This document shows positions 9,371 to 17,948 of a stretch of DNA of 36,988 nucleotides, one piece after another. Each line of letters begins with the position of its first letter. Positions within the stretch are counted from its first letter, which is position 1. The position numbers were made by a program, and so were the translations under genes. The notes below the pieces were generated by a model. It saw only the letters and a program-made list of their open reading frames with translations, did no database searches and was not told the DNA's origin. This DNA comes from an uncultured Opitutia bacterium (GTDB lineage Bacteria > Verrucomicrobiota > Verrucomicrobiia > Opitutales > JABJCN01), in contig CAJWWL010000003.1 in assembly GCA_913048125.1 (NCBI GenBank), positions 1 through 36,988 of the forward strand, in the 5' to 3' direction.

Positions 9371-12300
9371 TCAATGATTAAGCATGAACTCGGCGGTATT
9401 TAGGAGCGCCCAAATCAGATCTTCTGTAGCTGTTTGGCGTGTGGCGTCCTTTGAGGCGAAGGATGCAATGGCTGCTTCCTGTTCCTTCTCAGTAGGCAGA
9501 CGAGAGAAGGCTGCGAGATATATCTCCTCAACAATATGTTCGGTTGAAAGGTCGCTCTTGGCTAGTTTTGTCGCCCGACTGGCACCAAGGGCAATACGGT
9601 CTATGAGTTTACTGGAGTTGGCGAGGTGGAGTGCTTGCGTGATGGTTGGAGCGGGGTCGCGCTCACAGGGACACTCCGCGCTAGAGTCGGGCCTTCCAAA
9701 GGTATCGAGGAAAACAGAGGGCATGGTGGTGTTCCAGACGTGCATGGCACGAGAGCGAGCAGGAAGACCTTGGAAGTCGGCAGCAATGTCTGTGACGGAA
9801 GTGACCGCATCGGCCATGACCTCGGCGCGCAGTCTGCGACGTAAGGATCGGCTGAAGTTTCTGTGGTCGCCTGAATTGGTTGCATTGGGTAAGCTTGAGC
9901 TCTGGTATGTCCGGGAATGCAGGATGCGACGCATGAGATGCTTAAGGTCATATCCGTTTTCTACAAAATCTTTGGCAAGCCAGTCCAGAAGGAGAGCGTT
10001 GCTAGGTGGGTTCGATTCCCTAAAGTCGTCTACAGGTTCTACAATTCCAATACCAAAGTAAGCCGCCCAGATACGATTCACTATTGCTTTGGCGAAGTAG
10101 GGGTTGTCTTTTTCTAGCATCCACTCAACGAGTGCGGTTCTAGGGTCTTTGGAGTCTGCTATGGTGAGTGTATGGCCGCCCGGTGGTGTAGGCTTCATTA
10201 CGGCGTCAGTGACTGGGTGTTTGACTGTGCCGCCTGGTTGGAACCACCAGTACTCGGGTTCGCCGGAGATGGGCGCGGATATTCCTTGCCCTTTTCGCTT
10301 CATGGATCCGAAGAATGCTGCAAGTTGATAGTAGTCGTCTTGTCCCCACTTCTCGCTGGGGTGGTGGTGGCATTGAGCACATTCAAGGCGGACACCCAGA
10401 AATATTCGGCTGGCAAATGCCCCTGCTGTGTGGGGTTCACGCTTGTCGCGGAAAAAAGCCACAGGGCCATACTTATGAGAACTTCCTGTTGCAGTGAGTA
10501 GTTCACTGACAAAGGTATCCCAAGGCGTATTTTCACGTAGTTTCCGTCTTACCCAGCGGTCAAGAAGATAGACGGGTTTCACCCCAACGCGCTGAGTGTT
10601 TGGACGAAGTAGGTCGTTGAAGCGTGTCGCCCAGTAGTCGGCCCAGTCGGGATTATTGAGGAGTTTTTCAATGTAGTGCTTACGCTTGTCTACGGAGGTG
10701 TCCTTGAGGAATTTGCGGGCGGTCTCGGGATGGGGGAGTCGACCGATGGTATCCAGGGTGGCGCGGCGTAAGAACTCACTGTCTGAACACTTGTCAGATA
10801 TCAGAAGCCCTAGTTGTTTGTGTCTGTCATAGTTGTGTCGATCGATTGGATTGCTGATGAGCAAGTTCTCGTAGGATGCTGGTGGAAGGTTTGTCTCGCT
10901 GGGAATGGCGACTCTAGCCACTTCTACAGCATCCATGTATCGGACGATAAGTGCGCTTTCGCCTGATTGGTTACCTAGTGTGGCATGGCCGTTTTCATCG
11001 ATTGAAGCGATGCCTAGATCATTGCTCTGGTAGTGGGCAAGGTGCGTCACATCGCGAGTTGACCCGTCGGAATAGTGAGCCTTTGCATTCAGGCTGACCT
11101 TAGCTCCTTTCAAATATGTGCCTTCCTTGGGGGAGACTGATAGACGTTCAAGTTTGGGCTCGTCTTTCTGACCGTAGGGCGTTCCTTGGGCAATCCAGTC
11201 GTGAATAATTTGGTAGAATTCAGAATCCGGCTTGATACGTTGGCCTCCTTCATGACTGATGCTCTCTGTTGCCTTTCGGAGCAGTAGACTCTGCGCTGGT
11301 GCATCGGGCATAGTGCGGCGACCGCGACCTGCAAACGCTAAGGCATGATGGTCAGTCTTGGGATCATAGGAGAAGATAGAAAGCTGAAAGCCATTTTGGC
11401 CTCCGGATTTGGCGTGGCAACTACCGTCGGCACAGCCAGCTCGCGTTAGGATTGGGAGGATGTCATTTCGGAAGCTTAGTGTATTGGCTTTTTTGATCGG
11501 CTCCTTGATTGCATTATCTTTGGGCACTTGTGGCTGCCAGTTTTTTCCAGAGGAGTCTAGGAAGTGAAGCTGACCATCACCATCGGTCATCAAGATGCGT
11601 TTGTATTCAGATGACCAAGCTATGGCGTCATATCCATACTTGCCGACCGAAGACCATGCCCTTTCTTTGGCGCCAGTGGAGGTTTGTTTGCCCTCATGGT
11701 TTACGAGTGAAGTGTAGAGGCGAGGTGTGTTGTCATCTGATATCGTGACGATCCAGTCATCAGTTTGCTCGGGCTTTTCCTTGTTGGGGTCTAGGGTCCA
11801 GACTATTCCAGTAGCATCGGCCTTTGCATTCCGAGCAGAAAAAGTGATGTCTTCATTGAGAGTTTTGGGGTTCCATATCTTCACCGATCGGTCGGCGCTG
11901 GTTGTGGCGATTCGCTGGCTATCTGGACTGAAGGTGGCTGCCAGTACATAGCCAGTATGTCCTTCCAAGTTGCCAACTGGTTGTAGTGTGTCGGCGTTCC
12001 AAAGTCGGGTCAATTTATCGGCGCTTGAGCTTGCGAGGAGTTTTCCGTCAGCACTGGCGGTAAGAGCAAAAATGGAGTCGGTGTGGGCTCTTATGCTTTT
12101 TACATGGGTCCAACCAAGGGGGCGTATAATGTGGAGTTGTCCAAGTTGGGTGGGTAGGCTATCTGCGATGATGAGTCGTTGTCCTTCATTCAAGAAGGTC
12201 AAGGCTGTGATACTACCGGTGAGTTTATCCTCGATTGTAGTTTCGATTTGTCCTGTCTCAATATTCCAAATGTTGACCTTGCGGAAGCTTCCTCCTGCGA

Positions 12301-12862
12301 GAACTTTGCCATCTGGGCTCCATGCCAGTGAATGGATGGGTCCTTGATCGGTGATAAACTGGTGTATCGGGGTGATCCCTTTTTCCTCGATCCTTCGGAT
12401 ATCTACGGTTCTGCCTCTGGATACAGCAAAGGTCTTGCCATCCTGCGCCATGGCAAGGGCGTGGGATGGTTGGTGGAAGGGTGAAGGTTGGTCCCAATCA
12501 ATAGGATTGAGATCGGGCACGGCTTTAAGGATGGCGGCGTCCCATTTGAGTCCTTTAGCTATCCATTGGCTAAGGCTGGATATGTCTGTTTTCGAAAGTT
12601 GCTTCTTGGGAGGCATGTGTGGGTCTGCATCTTTTTGGAGAAGCTTAATGAGGAGACTTTCTTCCGGTTTTTCCAAATTTATGGCTTTGCCGGTTTCGCC
12701 ACCTTTTAGAATTCCTTGGCGCGTGGAGAGTAGAAGTCCCCCCTTACGTTTTTCTTCCGAGTGACAACTTATGCAGTTGTCTCGAATGATAGCGAGGGGT
12801 TCTGCCACCATGGCTTGAGCGAATAGGCTGCCTAGTATCCAGAATTTGCCTAATCGATTCAT
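9371..12862 (-). CDS. Fusion: planctomycete cytochrome c + WD40 propeller + Ig-like + DUF1549/DUF1553 (PSCyt2/PSD1)
   Basis: Signal peptide; CISCH...MPPK; WD repeats (HTDSIFAL, GHTGYVLAATFSPD); CADGSCH; FLRRATLDTIGRLP; CAQCHHHP; NPYFAKAIVNRIW; NPPSN; C-terminal WALLNTAEFMLNH. Confidence 0.88.
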   Translation of the reverse strand: MNRLGKFWILGSLFAQAMVAEPLAIIRDNCISCHSEEKRKGGLLLSTRQGILKGGETGKAINLEKPEESLLIKLLQKDADPHMPPKKQLSKTDISSLSQWIAKGLKWDAAILKAVPDLNPIDWDQPSPFHQPSHALAMAQDGKTFAVSRGRTVDIRRIEEKGITPIHQFITDQGPIHSLAWSPDGKVLAGGSFRKVNIWNIETGQIETTIEDKLTGSITALTFLNEGQRLIIADSLPTQLGQLHIIRPLGWTHVKSIRAHTDSIFALTASADGKLLASSSADKLTRLWNADTLQPVGNLEGHTGYVLAATFSPDSQRIATTSADRSVKIWNPKTLNEDITFSARNAKADATGIVWTLDPNKEKPEQTDDWIVTISDDNTPRLYTSLVNHEGKQTSTGAKERAWSSVGKYGYDAIAWSSEYKRILMTDGDGQLHFLDSSGKNWQPQVPKDNAIKEPIKKANTLSFRNDILPILTRAGCADGSCHAKSGGQNGFQLSIFSYDPKTDHHALAFAGRGRRTMPDAPAQSLLLRKATESISHEGGQRIKPDSEFYQIIHDWIAQGTPYGQKDEPKLERLSVSPKEGTYLKGAKVSLNAKAHYSDGSTRDVTHLAHYQSNDLGIASIDENGHATLGNQSGESALIVRYMDAVEVARVAIPSETNLPPASYENLLISNPIDRHNYDRHKQLGLLISDKCSDSEFLRRATLDTIGRLPHPETARKFLKDTSVDKRKHYIEKLLNNPDWADYWATRFNDLLRPNTQRVGVKPVYLLDRWVRRKLRENTPWDTFVSELLTATGSSHKYGPVAFFRDKREPHTAGAFASRIFLGVRLECAQCHHHPSEKWGQDDYYQLAAFFGSMKRKGQGISAPISGEPEYWWFQPGGTVKHPVTDAVMKPTPPGGHTLTIADSKDPRTALVEWMLEKDNPYFAKAIVNRIWAAYFGIGIVEPVDDFRESNPPSNALLLDWLAKDFVENGYDLKHLMRRILHSRTYQSSSLPNATNSGDHRNFSRSLRRRLRAEVMADAVTSVTDIAADFQGLPARSRAMHVWNTTMPSVFLDTFGRPDSSAECPCERDPAPTITQALHLANSSKLIDRIALGASRATKLAKSDLSTEHIVEEIYLAAFSRLPTEKEQEAAIASFASKDATRQTATEDLIWALLNTAEFMLNH

Positions 12863-12905
12863 ATCAATCTTTAACGTATCGCTTTTAAATAGAGCCCGAA
12901 AAACT

Positions 12906-13889
12906 TTAACGAACCAAGTTGACTACGTTTTGAGGTGTGCCTTTCAGAAAAGCCTTAACATTTGCTACGACGGTATTCATTAAGCGGGTTCGAGCCGCCT
13001 GCGTAGCCCATGCGATGTGGGGAGTGATGATACAATTTGGGATTCCGATCAGTGGATTGTCATTAGTGGCAGGTTCGATACTTAGCACGTCTAATCCCGC
13101 ACCAGCAATTTGACCAGTTTTCAAGGCCTTAGCTAGAGCGCCTTCTTCGATAAGTGGTCCGCGGCTGGTGTTAATCAGGAAGGCAGTTGTTTTCATCATT
13201 GCGAGTGCCTCAGCGTTGATGAATTTCTCATTTTTTGCAGTAAGCGGGCAGTGAAGGCTAACGAAGTCGCTTTCCTCGAGAATTTTATTGATTGAGGCTG
13301 TGGAGATACCCTCTTCCAGTTCGCCACGCCCTTCTAGGGATGGACTGTAGACCAGTAGTTTCATGCCGAAACTTCTAGCGATGCGGCCAACCTGTTTTCC
13401 GATGCTACCGTAGCCAATGATGCCTAGTGTTCGCCCTTCCAGTTCGATCAGCGGGTAGTCCCAGAAGCAAAAGTCTGGGCATTCATTCCATCGCTGGTTA
13501 TCGACGGCTGTTCCGTGATGGGCGACACGTTGGGTGAGGTTTAAAATGTGCGCAAACGTCATCTGTGCGACTGACGCAGAACCGTAGTCCGGCACGTTTG
13601 TGACCGCTATGTTCTTCTCTGATGCCGCCTCGACATTCACGATATTGAAGCCAGTTGCTGTGACGCCAATATATTCAAGGGCATCTAGTTTGGCGATTGA
13701 TTCACGGGAGAGGGGTGCTTTGTTGGTGAGGACAATTTTGGCTCCCTGAGCACGCTCAATTACTTCTTTGGGTGAAGAGCGTTCGTAAACCTCGCAGGTG
13801 CCAAGGGTTTCAAGTTCTCCCCAGTTTAGGTCTCCGGGGTTAAGGGTGTATCCATCGAGGACTACGATTTTTATTTTATCAGTTGGCAT
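12906..13889 (-). CDS. D-2-hydroxyacid dehydrogenase (glycerate dehydrogenase/hydroxypyruvate reductase-like)
   Basis: LDGYTLNPGDL N-terminus, GIIGYGSIG, SLHCPL, INTSRG, LDVLSIEP, TPHIAWA. Overlaps the enolase-like gene by 11 nt. Confidence 0.9.
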   Translation of the reverse strand: MPTDKIKIVVLDGYTLNPGDLNWGELETLGTCEVYERSSPKEVIERAQGAKIVLTNKAPLSRESIAKLDALEYIGVTATGFNIVNVEAASEKNIAVTNVPDYGSASVAQMTFAHILNLTQRVAHHGTAVDNQRWNECPDFCFWDYPLIELEGRTLGIIGYGSIGKQVGRIARSFGMKLLVYSPSLEGRGELEEGISTASINKILEESDFVSLHCPLTAKNEKFINAEALAMMKTTAFLINTSRGPLIEEGALAKALKTGQIAGAGLDVLSIEPATNDNPLIGIPNCIITPHIAWATQAARTRLMNTVVANVKAFLKGTPQNVVNLVR

Positions 13890-15297
13890 TATTTAGCTGA
13901 ATTTCATCGAGAAGAGACCAAGCTGGTTCGAAGTCACCTCCGTAACCTGTCTCAAGAATGCGATCCACATTTATAGCTCCATTTTCGATTCGTAAATGGG
14001 GGCAACCGGTGTCGCTGTTGACATAGAGTTCAGGATAGTTTTCCAAAGCCCAGCGAGATTCTTCTAGTTCTAGGAACTCCAGGCCCTTTACGAAATGATG
14101 GCCGTTTCGTTCCGTATGGCTAATTCCCAATGTTCCGGCAACGCATAGATCCTGATGCAGGGGAAGGACAGGAAGGTTTGTTAGATCTTCACTGGAAAGG
14201 TAGAGAGGGTTCTCTGGCGATTGTGAATTGTGTCTCTGGATAATCTCAAAGTTCTTCAACGTACGGAATGGACCCTTACAGTTCTTGGCGCTGACGCCTC
14301 GATAACCGAGGGTTATGGCTTTCTCAAAAGCGTCGTCGGTGCCGTTGGACTCATCAATAATTACAGGGATTCGCGAATTCATTCGATGAAGTTCTTCGGC
14401 CAGATCTTCTTTCAGAGCGTTGTCACGGTGAAGTGGTTGTTCGATCCAAAGTACTTGTTTGCGTAACGTAGCCAAAGCTTGGTCGCCTTCATATTCATCA
14501 AGAAAGCTAAGGAAATCTACTGGGGTGTGGAAGGCTTCGTTGGCATCGATGGTCACTTGATAGTTTCCGATCCCCAGTTTTTTATTTAAAATTACCGAGA
14601 CTTCTCGAAGGCGTGCCAATACAGCCTCTGTATCGGCAGATATCTTAAGCTTGAACCAACGTATTCCATATTCATCGATGACTTCCTCCAAAGATTGGGG
14701 AAGTCCGTCCTTCAGAGGATCTGACAATTCGCTGTTTTGCAAGGCGTCAACGAGACCTAGTGTGTGGCGTACATTTAAGCTCTTTGGTGGCGTTTCGGGT
14801 AGTAGGGTGGGTAGTTCAGGACCAAGACCGAGAGAGTTTGTGGTGATGGCCCCCCGAATACCTTGGTCGGTTGCTCGGCATACAGCATCTATAACTGCGC
14901 TATCTAGGAGGGCGCATCCGAATCCTGCAGTCAAGTCGTTGAAGCGCTTATTGGTATTGATTCGACGGGTTTCGTTTTCAATTTCTTGGTGTAGGTTCCA
15001 AGCTGGGGCACCATCGTGCGATTGATATAATCTCGCTGCCTGAGCGATTGAATCCTCCAGTGCACGCTGGCGCTCCTCGAAACTCTTTTCTGGGTTTTTC
15101 TCAAACCACATTGGAGAGAAGATAGTGGCACCAATTCCTGGGATAGAGGTACCGTGCTCGTCTTCGACAATCGTTCGAAGCAGAGCGCATTCCAGATATT
15201 CAATCTTGGCATTACCAAAGTGGAAGGGCATCCGTAATGAGGCTGGGCGTGAGTATAGCCGAACCTCCCGAACTTTTACCTTTTTTGGAGCATCCAT
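13879..15297 (-). CDS. Enolase-superfamily (mandelate racemase-like) enzyme of unknown substrate
   Basis: KxK motif FKLKIS; metal-ligand motifs DANE, EQP, DES; KNCKG, EDL, ERNGHHF. Confidence 0.75.
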   Translation of the reverse strand: MDAPKKVKVREVRLYSRPASLRMPFHFGNAKIEYLECALLRTIVEDEHGTSIPGIGATIFSPMWFEKNPEKSFEERQRALEDSIAQAARLYQSHDGAPAWNLHQEIENETRRINTNKRFNDLTAGFGCALLDSAVIDAVCRATDQGIRGAITTNSLGLGPELPTLLPETPPKSLNVRHTLGLVDALQNSELSDPLKDGLPQSLEEVIDEYGIRWFKLKISADTEAVLARLREVSVILNKKLGIGNYQVTIDANEAFHTPVDFLSFLDEYEGDQALATLRKQVLWIEQPLHRDNALKEDLAEELHRMNSRIPVIIDESNGTDDAFEKAITLGYRGVSAKNCKGPFRTLKNFEIIQRHNSQSPENPLYLSSEDLTNLPVLPLHQDLCVAGTLGISHTERNGHHFVKGLEFLELEESRWALENYPELYVNSDTGCPHLRIENGAINVDRILETGYGGDFEPAWSLLDEIQLNNAN

Positions 15298-15396
15298 AGC
15301 GAAGGATTTCTAGTTTTCTAGTTTTGTTTGTTAGGTCAAACTGAGAGTTGGTCTGCACTTTACAACTCATAGAGGATAACGAGGATACACCAACAG

Positions 15397-16434
15397 ATGA
15401 ACATTGAGATTCCTGAATTTAGCGACGTTCTTTCTCTTGAGGCACACTTATCTGAACCAGGGGATGCCTTGGTTTCTGACTTTTCTGAATTGTCTGGAGA
15501 TATCCTCGTTCTTGGAGCGGGAGGGAAGATGGGACCGACTCTAGCCAAGATGGCTAGAAAGGCTATGGATCGAGCGGGTTGCTCTGCAAAAGTAATTGCC
15601 GTCGCTAGGTTTTCAGATTCTGAGGTCAAATTGCGTTTGGAGGCTTCCGGAGTGGAGACTGTTACCTGTGATTTATTGGATACAGACTCGGTGCGCGAGT
15701 TACCAGATGCACCTAATGTGCTTTTTATGGCAGGAATGAAATTCGGTGCTTCCGGCAACCCTGCTTTCACATGGGCCATGAATGCCCTTTGCCCAGCTAT
15801 TGTTGCGGAACGATACTATAATTCCAGAATCGTAGTTTTTTCCTCTGGCAACATTTACCCTTTTGTTAGTGCGGGTACCAAAGGTGCCTCAGAAGATGTA
15901 CCTACAAGTCCTGTAGGAGAGTATGCTCAATCTGTATTAGCTCGGGAACGTATGTTCGAGTACTTTGCATGTGAAATGGGCACACATATTCTTCAGTATC
16001 GCCTCAACTATGCTGTTGAACCTCGTTACGGAATACCCGTTGATCTTGCTTTAAAGATCCTTTCTAACGAACCAATAGATCTTTCTATGGGCTTCGTAAA
16101 TCTTATCTGGCAGAGAGATGCAAATGAGATCGCTCTTCGCTCTCTCAATCGGGCATCGAATCCTCCAGAAATTCTTAACGTTACCGGTCTTGAAATTCTT
16201 TCTGTTCGCGCCCTTGCTGAAAAATTAGGCGAACGGCTGGGACAGGTGCCCATGTTCCTTGGGCATGAAGAGCCTGAAGCCTTGCTGGCAGATGCCTCCA
16301 AGTGTGCACAATACTTTGGTGAACCTCCTACTACCGTTGATGCTATGCTGGACGCTGTAGCTAGGTGGGTTCAACAGGGTGGGTCACTACTAGGTAAACC
16401 TACCAAATTCCAAGTTCGCGATGGCAACTTTTAA
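15397..16434 (+). CDS. NAD-dependent epimerase/dehydratase family (atypical extended SDR)
   Basis: LVLGAGGKMG Rossmann motif, AGMKFG, FSSGNIY, GEYAQS, RLNYA. GAGGA SD-like sequence upstream. Confidence 0.85.
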   Translation: MNIEIPEFSDVLSLEAHLSEPGDALVSDFSELSGDILVLGAGGKMGPTLAKMARKAMDRAGCSAKVIAVARFSDSEVKLRLEASGVETVTCDLLDTDSVRELPDAPNVLFMAGMKFGASGNPAFTWAMNALCPAIVAERYYNSRIVVFSSGNIYPFVSAGTKGASEDVPTSPVGEYAQSVLARERMFEYFACEMGTHILQYRLNYAVEPRYGIPVDLALKILSNEPIDLSMGFVNLIWQRDANEIALRSLNRASNPPEILNVTGLEILSVRALAEKLGERLGQVPMFLGHEEPEALLADASKCAQYFGEPPTTVDAMLDAVARWVQQGGSLLGKPTKFQVRDGNF

Positions 16435-16528
16435 AAAAACTGTCAGAAAAAAATAACCTTTACCTATATATAGTGAACGCATTGCACGAGCGCGCGAGGA
16501 ACTAGCAAATTTTCACAAAAGCAAACAG

Positions 16529-17869
16529 ATGAATAACCACATGACCAAAAACCAATCCATGAAGTGTAACGACCTGCCTGGGCATTTTTCCCGTCGCGAA
16601 TTCCTCCATGTTGGCATGATCGGAGGATTGGGTCTGACCCTTCCTGAGTTCTTGAGAATGAAAGCTCATGCGGCTCAGAAGCATTATGATTCTGTGGAAG
16701 GCAAAGCCAAGAGTGTTATTCATATCTACCTGCCTGGTGGAATGGCTCACCAAGAGTCTTTCGATCCAAAACCTTATGCGCCCCTAGAATATCGAGGCCC
16801 CATGTCTCACATTCCAACCAAGATCACTGGTGAACGTTTTGGGGAGACTTTTAAAGAAACTGCCAAGATTGCGGACAAAATCACGGTATGCCGTTCCATG
16901 AGTCATGGTGAGGCCGCTCACGAGCGTGGCACTCACAACATGTTTACAGGCTATCGCCCAAGTCCAGCAATTCAGTTTCCTAGCATGGGCAGTGTGGTTA
17001 GCCATGAGTTTGGTTCACGCAAGAGCCTTCCTCCCTATGTCTGTATTCCTAACGTACCCAACGAGTTTGCAGGCAGTGGCTACCTAAGCAGTGCATACGG
17101 GCCGTTTGGCCTTGGTAGTGATCCAGCCTCGGATGGTTTCTCTGTGCGAGATCTTGGCTTACCCAAAGACATCTCACTTGGACGCTTCGATCGGCGCAAG
17201 AGCATACTCAACACAGTTGATGATCATTTTCGAAAGATGGAGAAGTCCGACAAGCTAAGCGCCATGGACAGTTTCTACAGCGACGCTTATCAGCTCATCA
17301 GTTCTAAAGAAGCTCGCGAAGCTTTCGACATCAACAAGGAAGATGCCAAGTTACGCGAACGTTACGGTCAGAATCAGGCTGGTCAGCGTATGCTTCTTGC
17401 CCGCCGTCTCGTCGAGGCTGGTGTTCGTTTCGTTTCTCTTACATACGGAGGTTGGGACCACCACCAAAATATTGAAGCGGCTTTTCAGCGGCAAGGACCC
17501 GACTTGGATAAGGCTTTTGCGTCTCTTATCACCGATCTTGATGATCGTGGACTGCTTGACGAGACGCTTGTCATGATCTCTTCCGAATTTGGTCGCACAC
17601 CCAAGATCAACGCGAACAATGGTCGTGACCACTGGCCACGAGTTTTTAGTGTCGTATTGGCAGGTGGAGGGATCAAGCGAGGCAGCATCTACGGATCTTC
17701 AGATGCTTTTGCAGCAATGCCTGAGGATGATCCACTATCTGTGGAAGATTTAGCAACCACTGTCTACAACCAACTGGGTATTGTTGCCGATAAGGAATTA
17801 ATGGCTCCGGGTGACCGACCAATGGAAATCGTAGATGGCGGAAAGGTCGTCAAGGAACTGCTCGCCTAG
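16529..17869 (+). CDS. DUF1501 family protein (Tat-exported), copy B
   Basis: Twin-arginine signal SRREFL; LPGGMAHQESFDPKP, GWDHH, SEFGRTPKIN, GRDHW. The start could be 16541 or 16559. Confidence 0.9.
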   Translation: MNNHMTKNQSMKCNDLPGHFSRREFLHVGMIGGLGLTLPEFLRMKAHAAQKHYDSVEGKAKSVIHIYLPGGMAHQESFDPKPYAPLEYRGPMSHIPTKITGERFGETFKETAKIADKITVCRSMSHGEAAHERGTHNMFTGYRPSPAIQFPSMGSVVSHEFGSRKSLPPYVCIPNVPNEFAGSGYLSSAYGPFGLGSDPASDGFSVRDLGLPKDISLGRFDRRKSILNTVDDHFRKMEKSDKLSAMDSFYSDAYQLISSKEAREAFDINKEDAKLRERYGQNQAGQRMLLARRLVEAGVRFVSLTYGGWDHHQNIEAAFQRQGPDLDKAFASLITDLDDRGLLDETLVMISSEFGRTPKINANNGRDHWPRVFSVVLAGGGIKRGSIYGSSDAFAAMPEDDPLSVEDLATTVYNQLGIVADKELMAPGDRPMEIVDGGKVVKELLA

Positions 17870-17948
17870 GACACCGGATGTTCCGGAATTACAAGCTTTG
17901 GAGTCCACAAGACTTTTTGGCCGTTAAACCCTTAGCTACTAAGCCACA

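Noticed and set aside
9384-10061. 225-aa antisense ORF, and similar ones at 19856-20461, 24677-25219 and 15360-15779
   Set aside because: Shadow frames opposite well-supported genes, with no recognisable motifs.
16464-16473. Palindrome CTATATATAG upstream of DUF1501-B as a ModE box
   Set aside because: Lacks the two spaced CGnTATATA half-sites; no modE in the window; low complexity.
17870-17948. Small hairpins (CCGGA-TGT-TCCGG; CTTAG-CTA-CTAAG) between DUF1501-B and PPC-B
   Set aside because: Five-bp stems are too weak to call as terminators or repeats.
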